NCBI GenBank assembly: GCA_051362555.1
Contig: CM120648.1
Location: forward strand, 12,768,587-12,832,586
Length of the DNA stretch: 64,000 nucleotides
Source: Lingula anatina
Taxonomy: Eukaryota; Animalia; Brachiopoda
Reading direction: 5' to 3'
A program made the translations under genes and the position numbers. Positions within the stretch are counted from its first letter, which is position 1. Every line of letters begins with the position of its first letter. The notes under the pieces were generated by a model. That model was not told the DNA's origin. It was given only the letters and a program-made list of their open reading frames with translations, and searched no databases. Below are positions 1 through 11,400 of the stretch, piece by piece.

Positions 1-77
1 CTTCAGACTTCCATGGTGGTGTATCTACATAGCCTGGGTGGTGGCTGTGATAACTTGTAGCTTTACTTTGTCTTTAG

Positions 78-3000
78 ACTTCCATGGTGGTGTATCTACA
101 TAGCCTGGGTGGTGGCAGTGTTAACCTGTCTGGTCTGCTCTTACTACACCATGTTGTACGGACTCAAGTACGGACACAAGAAAAGTGTGCAATGGGTGGT
201 TGCCTTCTTTACAGGGTTCTTCCAAAGTGTGTGCATTACACAGCCAATTAAGGTGAGTAGCAGCAAAAAGGAGGCCATTTTAGATTCATGTTCTTTTTGT
301 ATAATTACTAGGCTTTTATTTTTTATTTTATTTATTTATTTATTATTTTTTTTTTTTGTATTTTTTAGTTTAAAAATGTTTAGGCTGTTTTGTTTTAGGG
401 TAAACTAGCAGTAGGACTCTTCATTTAAAGAAATAAATAGCTTTTTTATTTATTTATTCATTTATTGATTGATTGATTGATTGATTAGAAATTTAAATTA
501 CATTTTGGTATCGAGTTATGTTGTGAAACAGGTTACTTGTTTGCATTGATTACCTTTGTATAAAGTGTTAAATGCAGGCAGTTAAAATGGGATTTGCAAA
601 TATATCTTTGTTATCTTGTTAACAGACAACAAAATAAAAAGTATAATGAAAAAAAAAATGAAAAAAATGCATTTATACCAACACAATGACAATGTAAGCT
701 GTAAAAACGAACGGAATAAAGAGTATGATATAAATTAAGCAGCTTGATTTGGAGCTCAATTAATTACAACAGTCAGTACTTTTTAAACAACTTCTAGTCA
801 TATTGAGAGAAATTATTTACTGTTACTATAAATAATAATAATAATAATAAGAAGAAGAATATCTATTTAAGAAAACATTTGCATGGCATAAGATTGCTGT
901 GATATTGATAAATTTGTTCTCTTATTTATTTATTTATTTATTTATTTATTTTGCTATATCTTATCTAAAATTTCACATTCAGGTCATCCTGATTGCATTG
1001 TTGGTGAGTCTGATCCTGAAGAAATCAGTTGCAGTAAATGAGGGGAAGAAGGATATACCTCAGAGTAAGAATATGGTTCATGTTCTCATCAGTTACCTGT
1101 GTCTTTGAATTAAGAAGTCTTCCATTTCAATTGTTGCAATCTAAGGAAAGTTGGCTATTTTCCTGTGTAAGTTAAACTAAGTACTTCCTAACTTGAATTA
1201 AGAAGTCTTCCATTTCAATTGTTGCAATCTAAGGAAAGTTGGCTATTTGTACCACCAGCGTTAGCGCTGGCGGTACACATGGTTTTAGTCCCGTCCGGAT
1301 CGTTCCGCCGGCTCCGCCGGACGGCTACCGTTACCGCTTCTCCTCCTAGATGGTAAGGGCCTCCGTACCCATCTCTTGGATTTAGGTCACCTATAATCTC
1401 AACTCGTTCCATGTAAAATTTGGGCTTTGTCGGTATTGGGGTCTAGGTGTGGCACTCATTGCAATGCACCCTTGTCTAAAAATGGCAAAATTAAATGCTA
1501 ATTATCTACCCTACGGAAGGAATTATGGGAAAAATTTCTACAGACGGCTTTCCAAAAGTCATATATGTAGATTTCAAATATGCCCTTGGATTTGACCTTT
1601 GACCTTTATTTCAAGGTCAAACGGGCCAAAAGTTTCGAAAAAACAATTTTTTACGAAAAAAAAAAATTATTTGCCCCGTTATTCAGACACCACACAGACT
1701 TAACCAATAATATTATTGGAAAGTGTTACCCTTCAGGTCATCTTTCATCTCCGTGAATTTGGGGTTAATCGGTGCATTTTCACGGGAGTAGCGGCCATAA
1801 GATACCGAAACTGAAAACTGTCTCTAATTCGGGAACCGTTAATGCTAGAGACCCATTCTTTTTTGCATTTTGTAGAGCATGTAAAGCCCAACACTGAAGG
1901 TGGTCTCCGTTTTTTTGTATTCCATACGGTTTTCGAGTTACGCTGTCTCAAAAATTACATATTGGTGGTGAAAGCAAAATGTGCAATACGGTAATGGATA
2001 ATAAATTTTGAACTCCAGAAAAATAAAACATAAGGCTTGGCGAGGCAGACAACTTGTGGTCAAAAATGACATTATTTCATCAAATTTGAACATCTGGAAC
2101 TTCAAAGCACCTCCCATTTCAAGAATTTTTGACCAAAATGACCTTTTCTTTATTTTAATTAATTTTTTCTGTACGAAATTTATGGCACATTATTGTAACT
2201 CCAAAATTATAACATTTAGTCCCTTATATCTCCAAAACTGGCAGAGATAGGTCCATAGTTACTATTGAAGTTGAATAGGAAATCATATACTGGCAATCAA
2301 AATGTGACCTTGAAATTGACCTTTGACCCACTTTTCATCATGAATTGAACTTTGCAAATTTTGGTTCCCTTTTATCTCCAAAACTGGCAAAAATATGCCT
2401 ATAGTAACTATTGAACTTGAATAGAAGTCATTAGAGGCAATCTAAGTGTGACCTTGAAATTGACCTTTGACCTACTTTACACCATAAACTGAACTTTGCA
2501 ACTTTTTAATGCTTTTATTTTCAAAACTGGCAGAGATACGCCCATAGTTACTATAAAATTGGAAAAGAAATTCATACGAGGCAATTTTTTCGTGACCTTA
2601 AAATTGACCTTTGACCTACTTTTTACCATGAACAACATTGCAAATTTTGGTTCCCTTCTATCTCCAAAACTGGCAAAAATACGCCCATAGTAACTATTGA
2701 ACTTGAATAGAAGTCATTAGAGGCAATCTAAGTGTGACCTGGAAATTGACCTTTGACCTACTTTTCATCATGAATTGAAGTTTACAAATTTTGGTTCCCT
2801 TTTATCCCCAAAACTGGCAGAGATGTGTACATAGTTACTTTTGAACTTGAATAGGAAGTCATATACTGGAAATTTACTGTGACCTTGAAATTGACCTTTG
2901 ACCTACCTTACTACTAACTGAAGTTTGATTGTACAAAACTGGTGGTGGTGTCCCTTTTTTTTTGTGTGTGTGTGTGTGGGGACTATACGATTGCGCTTAC

Positions 3001-6000
3001 TCCAGCTGGTGGAACAATATTCGGAGGCGGTATCGCCTCTCTGATCCTCTAGTTTCCTGTGTACGTTAAACTAAGTACTTCCTAAGTTGGTGCTGAAAAT
3101 AGAAAAATTAATTTCAGATTAAAAATTTTTCTAGTTAGAACTGGAGTGAAAAGGAGTGTGAAAGTAATTCCTTTTAATTTTGTTTTACCCCCACAGCTGA
3201 AGATGAAAAATACCTTAAGGATGAAAACATAGCTAATTATCGAAAGAATCTTCAACAAAAGCGTGCTCAGCACATGTACAAGCCTCTACCAGAGCCCGTG
3301 GTAGAACACATGCGCGGCATACGAATGAAAGAGAGGAGGATGTATCAAATACTGGTAGAGCTGGCGCTGTATGTGACCTTCACCTTGGCCCTGGTATTTG
3401 TGACATATGGCCACCGAGACCCTATGGCATTCTATGTGACAAAGTCTACAGAAGATGTGTTTATCACGGTGGAGTATGCAGATGGTCCAGCCTTTGAAGA
3501 GGTAAGTTAGACGGGACTGGACATTGCAAGGTACTGATGGGATTCTTTAAATCATTCAGTTTTAAGGAACTGATACAAATTCTTCAAGACCTTCAGTATC
3601 AAGGAACGTACTACGTGATGGCAATTCTTGAAAAGCTTCAGTTTCATTGTACTGATAGAGATTACACAGAGCCTTGAGTTTCATGGTACTGGTGGCTCTC
3701 TATTGCAAAGTTTGTTTGAGAGAATAATTTGATCATTACTGGTACTATAACAGTTGCAATCTGCCGTATAAACTATCACTTACCTTTTACATGTATTTTC
3801 ACTATTCCCCCAGGTCAGTGATGTTGACTCCATGTGGGAGTACCTAGAGGAGACATTTGTACCTTCCCTGTTCACTTCTACCTGGTATAATGGTGACAGT
3901 GTGACAGAGAGTGACAGCCTGACAGCTGACATGGTGTCACTCCATGTAGGGGCAGCCAGACTCAGACAGCTGAGAGTGAAAGGTTATATTTTATAGTCCC
4001 TCTCTACTGTTCTACACTGAGTATATTATAACTGTGGAGTTACTGTAAGGATCTGTGTGTCTCTCTTTCTTCTGTCATACAGATAGTGCATGCAGGCACA
4101 CATACCTCTGTACACACACAAACACACACAGGGTATGTTATGACTTTGTGAGAGTATGTACATGTAGTCGTATTATGACCCTGCAGTAGTGAGTTCATTG
4201 AGCTTCTGTATCATATCTCTTGTATTTCAGATGTCTGTGATGTGCCCCCTACGTTCCAGTCCATGATCCACTCCTGTACAGTGAGATATGAATGGGGCAC
4301 TGATGACAGCAGGGACTATAACACCTCATGGACACCCCTGGTCAACACAACTGACCACCCCACTGACCAGTGGACATACCAGTCTGCTTTCAAGCTGAGG
4401 TCACTTCCATTTGCTGGAAAACATGGCACTTACAATGGTAAACTATTTCTCCCTTTGACTATACATGTAGCAATTAAGTGCATAATAATGGTTAATTCAA
4501 ACTGCTACGGGTATTTGTGGCTTGGTTTTTTTCTAGAATAGCATAAATGTTTATTTTAAAGTAATTAATTTGAAAATGTATGTTCTTTATTCATGCTTGC
4601 ATTGCTTACTATTACTTATCCTCTTCAAGACTTGTCAGCATCCTTTACCATCTCCCTCTATCTTTTGCTGCTATCCTTGCTTTATTTGCCCTTTGATATT
4701 TACTATATAAATATAGGTTTGTGTTTTTATTGGGCTGTCTTTGTTGAATCCGTATTATGCTGAATTTGTTGACAAGAAAAATACCAATGAAATGAAAATA
4801 TTGATTAGAATGTTAAAGCAGTTGTAATAAACCAATACACGACCATACATGTATATTTTGAACCTGGAGGGCACATTTTTGGTTCAAGTAAGAAAAAAAT
4901 AACATTCTCTGTATCCATACTTTAGCATGTTAGTTGGAGGATGTGTAAAACTCCTTGATGACACTGGAGGAAAAAAAACTCTCTATGACTATATGTATAT
5001 GATATTTTAGGTGGAGGATATGTTAAACTCCTTGGTGACACCAGAAATAAAAGCCTGTCAATTCTTGCGGACCTGCAGGAGTTCAAGTGGATAGACCAGA
5101 GGACACGTGCCGTGTTCCTGGAGTTTACCCTGTACAACCCCCAGGTTAACCTGTTTAGTGTGGCACAGTTACTATTTGAGTTCCACCCCACTGGGGCCAT
5201 CTTCCCTTTCTATCAAATCTTTACATGTAAATTTTACCAATATGGGTAAGTTATTGCTGGGGCTGTCTTCTTGTTCTATCACATCTTCAGCAATTAACCT
5301 TAATACTCATAAAGAACGAGTGTTAAAGATAAAGTGGAGGCTTATGTGCTTATTTTTAAAATTTTTGGATTAACTTATAATTTTAAGGCTTTCTAACTAC
5401 TAAGTACATATATATATAGGATAATAATAATTTTAGTATAAAATGAATAAAGTGTTATAAAATATACATTATAAAGCAATGCAAGTAAAGAGATACAGTT
5501 AAAATGAAATTTTATTTAGAACAAATTTATAACAACAGCCCTGAAGTCAGTAGGTATACATTTGTTGCCAGAAAGGTGGTGATTTGATAAATCTTCATCA
5601 TTAATTTTATTCATCAGCAATTTATCATTTCTGTGAGTTTGATCAGGTATCAATCTCTTTATTATTTATTTTTAATTATTTTCATTTCAGGAATGGGTTG
5701 GAAATCTTTGTCGCAGTTTGTGAAGTTATGTTCATCCTGTTTATACTGACATCCACATACCGAGAGTTCAGCAAATTCAGAAACACTGGTTCTAAGGAAT
5801 ACTTCTCAGATCCCTGGAGTTACACAGAGGTGGCAATTGTCTGCCTGGGATACTCAGCTATTGGTCTGTTTTTTCAACGTTTAGTCATAGTGAACTTCAC
5901 CATTGCCAATTTCCATGAACATGGCAGAGAGGAATTTGTGAACTTTTTCCCAGCAGCATTCTGGGACTACATCCTGGGCTACACCTTGGCAGCCATGCTG

Positions 6001-6540
6001 GTGCTGACAGTGCTTAAGTTTTTCAAGCTGCTACGGTTTAATGTCCGCATGAACATGTTGTCTGCCACTTTAAAGAAATCATGGAAGCCTACACTACATT
6101 TCTATCTAGTTCTAGCTCTCCTCATGATGGCCTATGCCTTCTTTGGGCAATGTGCTTTTGGTCACTACATTGAAAAATTCAAATCCTTAATAGACACGTT
6201 ACAGACTTTGTTCACTCTGATCATGGGAGGATTTGAGTTTGCAATTCTGGGAGACTCAAACCGTGTCATTGGTATTGTGTTTCTGATAACCTTTGCCATG
6301 ATAATCCAGGTGACGCTGATCAATATGTTCATTGCCATTATTGACGAGTCATTCAGATATGTTCTGAAGGCCACCAAGGAGACTTCCAATGAGCTGGAGA
6401 TGGTGGACTTTATGTGGACGAGATTACTGGTGATTCTTGGTCTCCACACAGGGGCAGGGGTCACCATTCCTTCCAGTATTGATTTGAAGACACTGCAACA
6501 AGAGACTCAGGGTGAAGTTGGTTCAAATACAAATAACTGA
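78..6540 (+). CDS. PKD1L: Polycystin-1-like (PKD1L family) gene, 3' portion (TM region, TOP/polycystin domain, channel domain). Exons 78-252, 983-1064, 3197-3501, 3814-3982, 4231-4437, 5011-5245, 5691-6540 (or donor after 6511 plus a small terminal exon 6951-7012)
   Basis: The exons splice in frame at GT-AG boundaries. The translation has polycystin hallmarks: LPWWC..W..CSYYTMLYGLKYG..WV.AFFTGFFQSVCITQPIKV, GAARLRQLRVK, YNGGGYV, WIDQRTRAVFLEFTLYNPQVNLFS, KFFKLLRFN, LINMFIAIIDESF. The 5' end of the gene is outside the window. Exact paralog not determinable. Confidence 0.9.
1247..3054 (+). mobile_element. Helentron/HINE (DINE-1-like) non-autonomous element in a PKD1L intron
   Basis: 5' hairpin GTACCACCAGCG-TTAG-CGCTGGCGGTAC. 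Subterminal inverted copy GCTGGTGGAACA at ~3006. 3' hairpin GAGGCGGTATCGCCTC, then a CTAG end. Inserted in a T-run with no TSD, and the empty site is preserved in the adjacent duplicate (1150-1192). Central tandem array. Confidence 0.75.
2215..2905 (+). repeat. ~144-bp tandem satellite (about 5 units) inside the HINE-like element
   Basis: The block 'TAT(C/T)TCCAAAACTGGCA...TGACCTTGAAATTGACCTTTGACCT' recurs at ~2221, 2367, 2511, 2653 and 2797. Confidence 0.9.
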
Positions 6541-8430
6541 CATTTTAGAGAATTGATTTTTTTACATTTTCTTTTTCTGAACAAATTGATGCTGTAGGAA
6601 TCTAAGCACCAGAACTGATTTTAAACTTATTCCACAAACAACTATTTTTTTTTTGAATTTGACAACCACAAGAAGCTTAGTTTTGAAATTTTCCAAACTA
6701 GTTGATATAATTCTAGAATTATGTTTAGTTAATTTTGTTTGAATAATTCAACAGGTAACAATATTTGATATGTATATTGAGTGTATGATCAGAGTTCTGT
6801 GTATAATTGACTTATTATTGCCGCTTGCTGAAAGCAGGAAATTGTATACTTTAAATGGACCAGACTGTTGGTGGTCCCCACATGGATGTATGTTTTGTGT
6901 TTACTAGTAGCAGACTTTTATTTGATTTTTTAAGTATTATTTATTTTCAGCATCCACTAAAGTCACAATTTGCATTTTAAAAAGCCAGTTAGAGACATTT
7001 TGGGTTAAATAAACTAAATGCCAAATTTAAGATGCAGTAAAAACTCAGTTTGGATATTAAGACAGTACTACTTAAGAAAGAAATGGGTTTGACTTGAGTT
7101 TCTGGTGTGAACATGTTTAGTAATAGAAGTACACTAGATCAAGAGAGAAAAATTGACACAATGTTTGCCCATTTTAAGACTCTTTATATTGTTGTTATTA
7201 TTATTTTTATTTTTGTTGTTGTTGTTGTGACCCCTCAGTTTTAAATTTTTATGTATTTGTGGATATTCTAAATATATCGATTTCTGTCATAGTTGCTGCT
7301 GTATTTGTGGATATTCTTAATATTGTATTTTATTCCAATAATTTGATATTCACTTTTTGAAATTTAGTGTCATGATTAATGTTATCTTTCCTGTTAATTA
7401 AATGTAATTGCAGGTTTTGTAATACTCGACTAATTATAAGGTTTCTGGTTTTTATGGAATTTTTACATGTTAAAGAAGCATTTGGTATGAATTTATTAAG
7501 AAATAAACTGCAGTTATGTCTTTGTTAGGTATATTGCATGTTTCACATGGTTATACTCCTGCACAAACAATTGATATGAAAAAAGTTTATCAAAGATAAT
7601 TATGGGCTTTATATATATATATATATAGAGAGAGAGATAGATTGATCTAGATGTCTGTGGGAACTAAGCCACAAAAATATAGTTCTACCTTGTAAACATT
7701 CAAAAATTAAAAGTTATTACCAATGTCCCTATTATTTTAAGCTATTTGAGTTTGTACGCGGACATTTTTCACAATTCTTTCTCTGTAAAAAATACTAAAA
7801 TATTGTTCTTAAATATAGATCTCAAATTGAAAATTTAAAAAAGGCTGAAGCTAAAAACTTAAAGATGCATTATATACATGTATGTATATATGAAGTCAAT
7901 GTTTTGCCGCAAAAACCAACCAAATGCCATATAGTTTAATTTCAAATAGTATAACTAAGAGAATTACCAAAAGACATTCTTTAATATTACCAGAAAAATG
8001 ATATTTGAACTGATTTTCTGCTAGCTTTCTATGCTGTTTACACGTGGGGCAGAAAAGTAGGTCACATAAGTAGGTTAAATTTCTGACCAAAAATTTAAAG
8101 AAGGGAGCAGTCTAAAGCTCTTTTATAGCTGATCGAGTGTTTTATGCAGTTTATCCCTTGGCATGTCGACTTAATTTGAGCTGTATAAGAAACTAGTAGA
8201 AGTTGTTTATACGTGTTATCGGGAATCCACGCTCCACCGGTGTTTGGTTCATACTGTAGTATGTACCATTAAAGGTTGCTGATACAAATTGTTCAGAATA
8301 GAAGAATCCAAACTAACAGCCTTTATCCTGTCACTATTTTTTTCGCACTTTTTTCATGGTTCAACGGTTGTTGATACATCTTTTGTTTGAAAAAACTTTC
8401 CTAATTCATCCTTTTTTTTTATGATTATTT

Positions 8431-11400
8431 TCACATATCGATTTCTGTCATAGTTGCTGCTGTCAGTTGGCTGCCGTAAAGAGGGTTTCTAAAGCTGGAC
8501 TGTCTGTTATATGGGGTAGCTTGCGGTGGTGGCGGGGGAGGGGCAGGTGGGAGCGGTGCCATTCCATAACTCGGGTTTTCCGTTTTTAGGTTGGTACCCT
8601 GAAAATAGAGCAAAAAAAAAAAGGCATGTGAACTCGATAATTACATGTATATGAAGCCGAAGAAAAACCAGTTAATTACATTCAGAATGAGTGACCCGCA
8701 CATGTACAACACGTACTTGTTATTTCTTCATGGAATTAATGTTGGTTGCGTTTTAGACCCAGTTCATTTTTCTTTTCCAGAAACACCATGCACAATGGTC
8801 ATTATGAGCCTAGGTACCTGTAACGCCACAATGCTTCCCAAGCACAGTGCATACTAGTACACATGGTACAAATATTTAAAAAAAAACGACTGAAATTTCT
8901 CCTTTCAAGAGTACTCTTACCTCTCTGACTCTAGCGTTTCCTGAAGTCTTCTCTTTCAGTTTGGCATAAGGAGCGTCATCGTCGTAATCGTCACTCCCGC
9001 CATCTGGCGTCCGAGATGTTGCGTTGTTCAGCGTCATATAGTGCGACGAGGGCGAGCAGTAACTGTATACAAAACATGCAGTGATACTTTAAGGTTGAGC
9101 ATCACACAATGAAGTATCTGATTTTATCGAGGCTGTGACAATATTTAAAACTGCAAAATCTAAACAGGTTTCACAATGCTTCCATTAAAAGTAATTAATA
9201 ACTTATGAATTTATCAAGGCTGTTACTATTTTTTTTATTCAAAATGTAAACGTTTTTGATAATGCTTTCTAAAAAAAGCACATTTCTATTGATATATGCT
9301 GATGAGAGAGAGAGCATAAGTTACCCGTCATCGGGTTCCCCGTGGATAGAATCGAGAGTTGCGTAAGTGTTTTCTACATCGGCGTAGTCACTTGGCGACT
9401 GGTAATGGGGCTCTGGATAATAGGCCACCGCCGGCTCACTGCCACTGCACAGTGAATACATAAGGAGAACAACGTGTGAATTACAATGTAAATTTATATA
9501 CATATATATATAAATGGTTATTTTATTAAAAAAATTGACTTGTATAATACTTTTTTGGGGTTCCTCTAGTTATTTAAGGCAATTCTTGTGTGACACTAAC
9601 TGGCACACCATCTGTAGGGTTGTCAAAACATCTAGGCAAATTCTAAACTATTTCATCGACATGCGGCACATTTAAGCTGCAGGCGAACAATTACAAATCT
9701 CCGCATTTTGTAAAATAATATAAGATCTGTCCTTAGTGAAACACGGAGATGACAATGGTCTGTCATGTTGTGGTCACGAGGTATGACGTAGTCAGCCACG
9801 TTGGGTCACGTGGTACTTACCTCTGGGCTGGTTTCTGGTTCCTCGCCCGGAAAACAAAAAATATCACCAGGCCCCCAACGATGATCCCCAGCAACAGCAC
9901 GGCGACCACTATACCAGCCATGAGGCCTCCATCTACACTATTTTGACCGCTATTTGTACCTAACCGCCCATCATTAAATAAAAGAAGAAAAAACGAAGAC
10001 TTTATGAATAAATTATTCTATTAAGAATGAATAAATTGACTGAGTGGACATCACATTAAAACAAGGTTGATAGTTTTTTATGGTACATGTATTTGTGCCT
10101 GATTATATCAAGTAGGTCCGGTAGATGCTGGCCTACTATGTAACCGCAAGCATATCTGCGATAAAGAAGGAACAATAAATAAAGCAGCAGACGGACGGAC
10201 AACTAACAAACGAATAGACAGACATTTACTCATGAACAGATAAGAACATGAATGATTAAGCGAAGAACTGATAATCAACAGGTACTATATATCTAAAAAC
10301 TACTGAACAAGTTAATGAAAAGGGAAAATTACTTTTAAATTAACATAAGAATAAATATGTACGCATACTAGTTAATGGAATAAAAACATTTATTAAAACA
10401 TCTGAAGTACCACTTTGATTTCTAGTATACCAGCAGTCAACCGTACTATTTTGCTCCTGAATTAACACCCACTTTTTATGTTTCCAGATGAAGTCGTGAT
10501 TTGCCCGTGTACAGCTTTAGGCGTAGTTTTTTCGGTAACTGGAAACATTAGCAAACAATTGATGTTAAAAATTGGAGCCATAAATGCAAATCATGATACC
10601 CTTGGGGTATGATGTCTAAGACTTAATTAACATAATTAGAAAAGGTACAAAAACACGTGTTTAGCATTTGCACAAATAAACAATGTTTGATCACATGTAT
10701 ACAAAAGTTCAGCATGGTAATTTTACTTATAGTTAACAAGACTGCCGTTATTTAGACACTCACATCAACATTTTTTGTTAAAGTCGTCAATCTGAGCTTC
10801 GCGTTTTGCATACCTCAGTATACATCCCATAATGATACACAACAAGCATGACAAAGCATAAAAAGGCGTGCACTCTAGTGAGGTGAAACCGTAATGTAAG
10901 TAAACTCACAGCATGGTCCCAGCAAACACGTCACGTTGGTTCCTGGTTCCACGTGGTTAATCCGTGGTTATGACGTTATTATAATGTGGTAGCAACGTGC
11001 TAGCCACGCGATCCGAACGTGACGTGCTTGCTGGGGTTCTTTTTTTGGAAAACTGTTTCACGAGGCTTAGCCTTAACAAAATGCACACTATATAATAGAC
11101 CTTTTGCATCAATGCCACAAAGCATCACTTCTGAAACCACTCACTGGCAGGTGCCGAGATGTCCAAACCACAGCCTTGTTTCTGTTTATTATTTATTTAT
11201 TATTATTATCTATTTTTTTTTTCTTTGAAAGCGTGCGGAGTTCGAGGTTTTATGAGGGGATCCCTGTTCTCCTACAGGTCTATTTATGTCATCATTGTGT
11301 CTTCAGAATTTTCATGAAAATGGAAATAAATTTTTTAAAGTACCTGCTTATCAATCTTATCATGTGTCGCTAATCAAAATATTGCCAGTATACAAAATCA

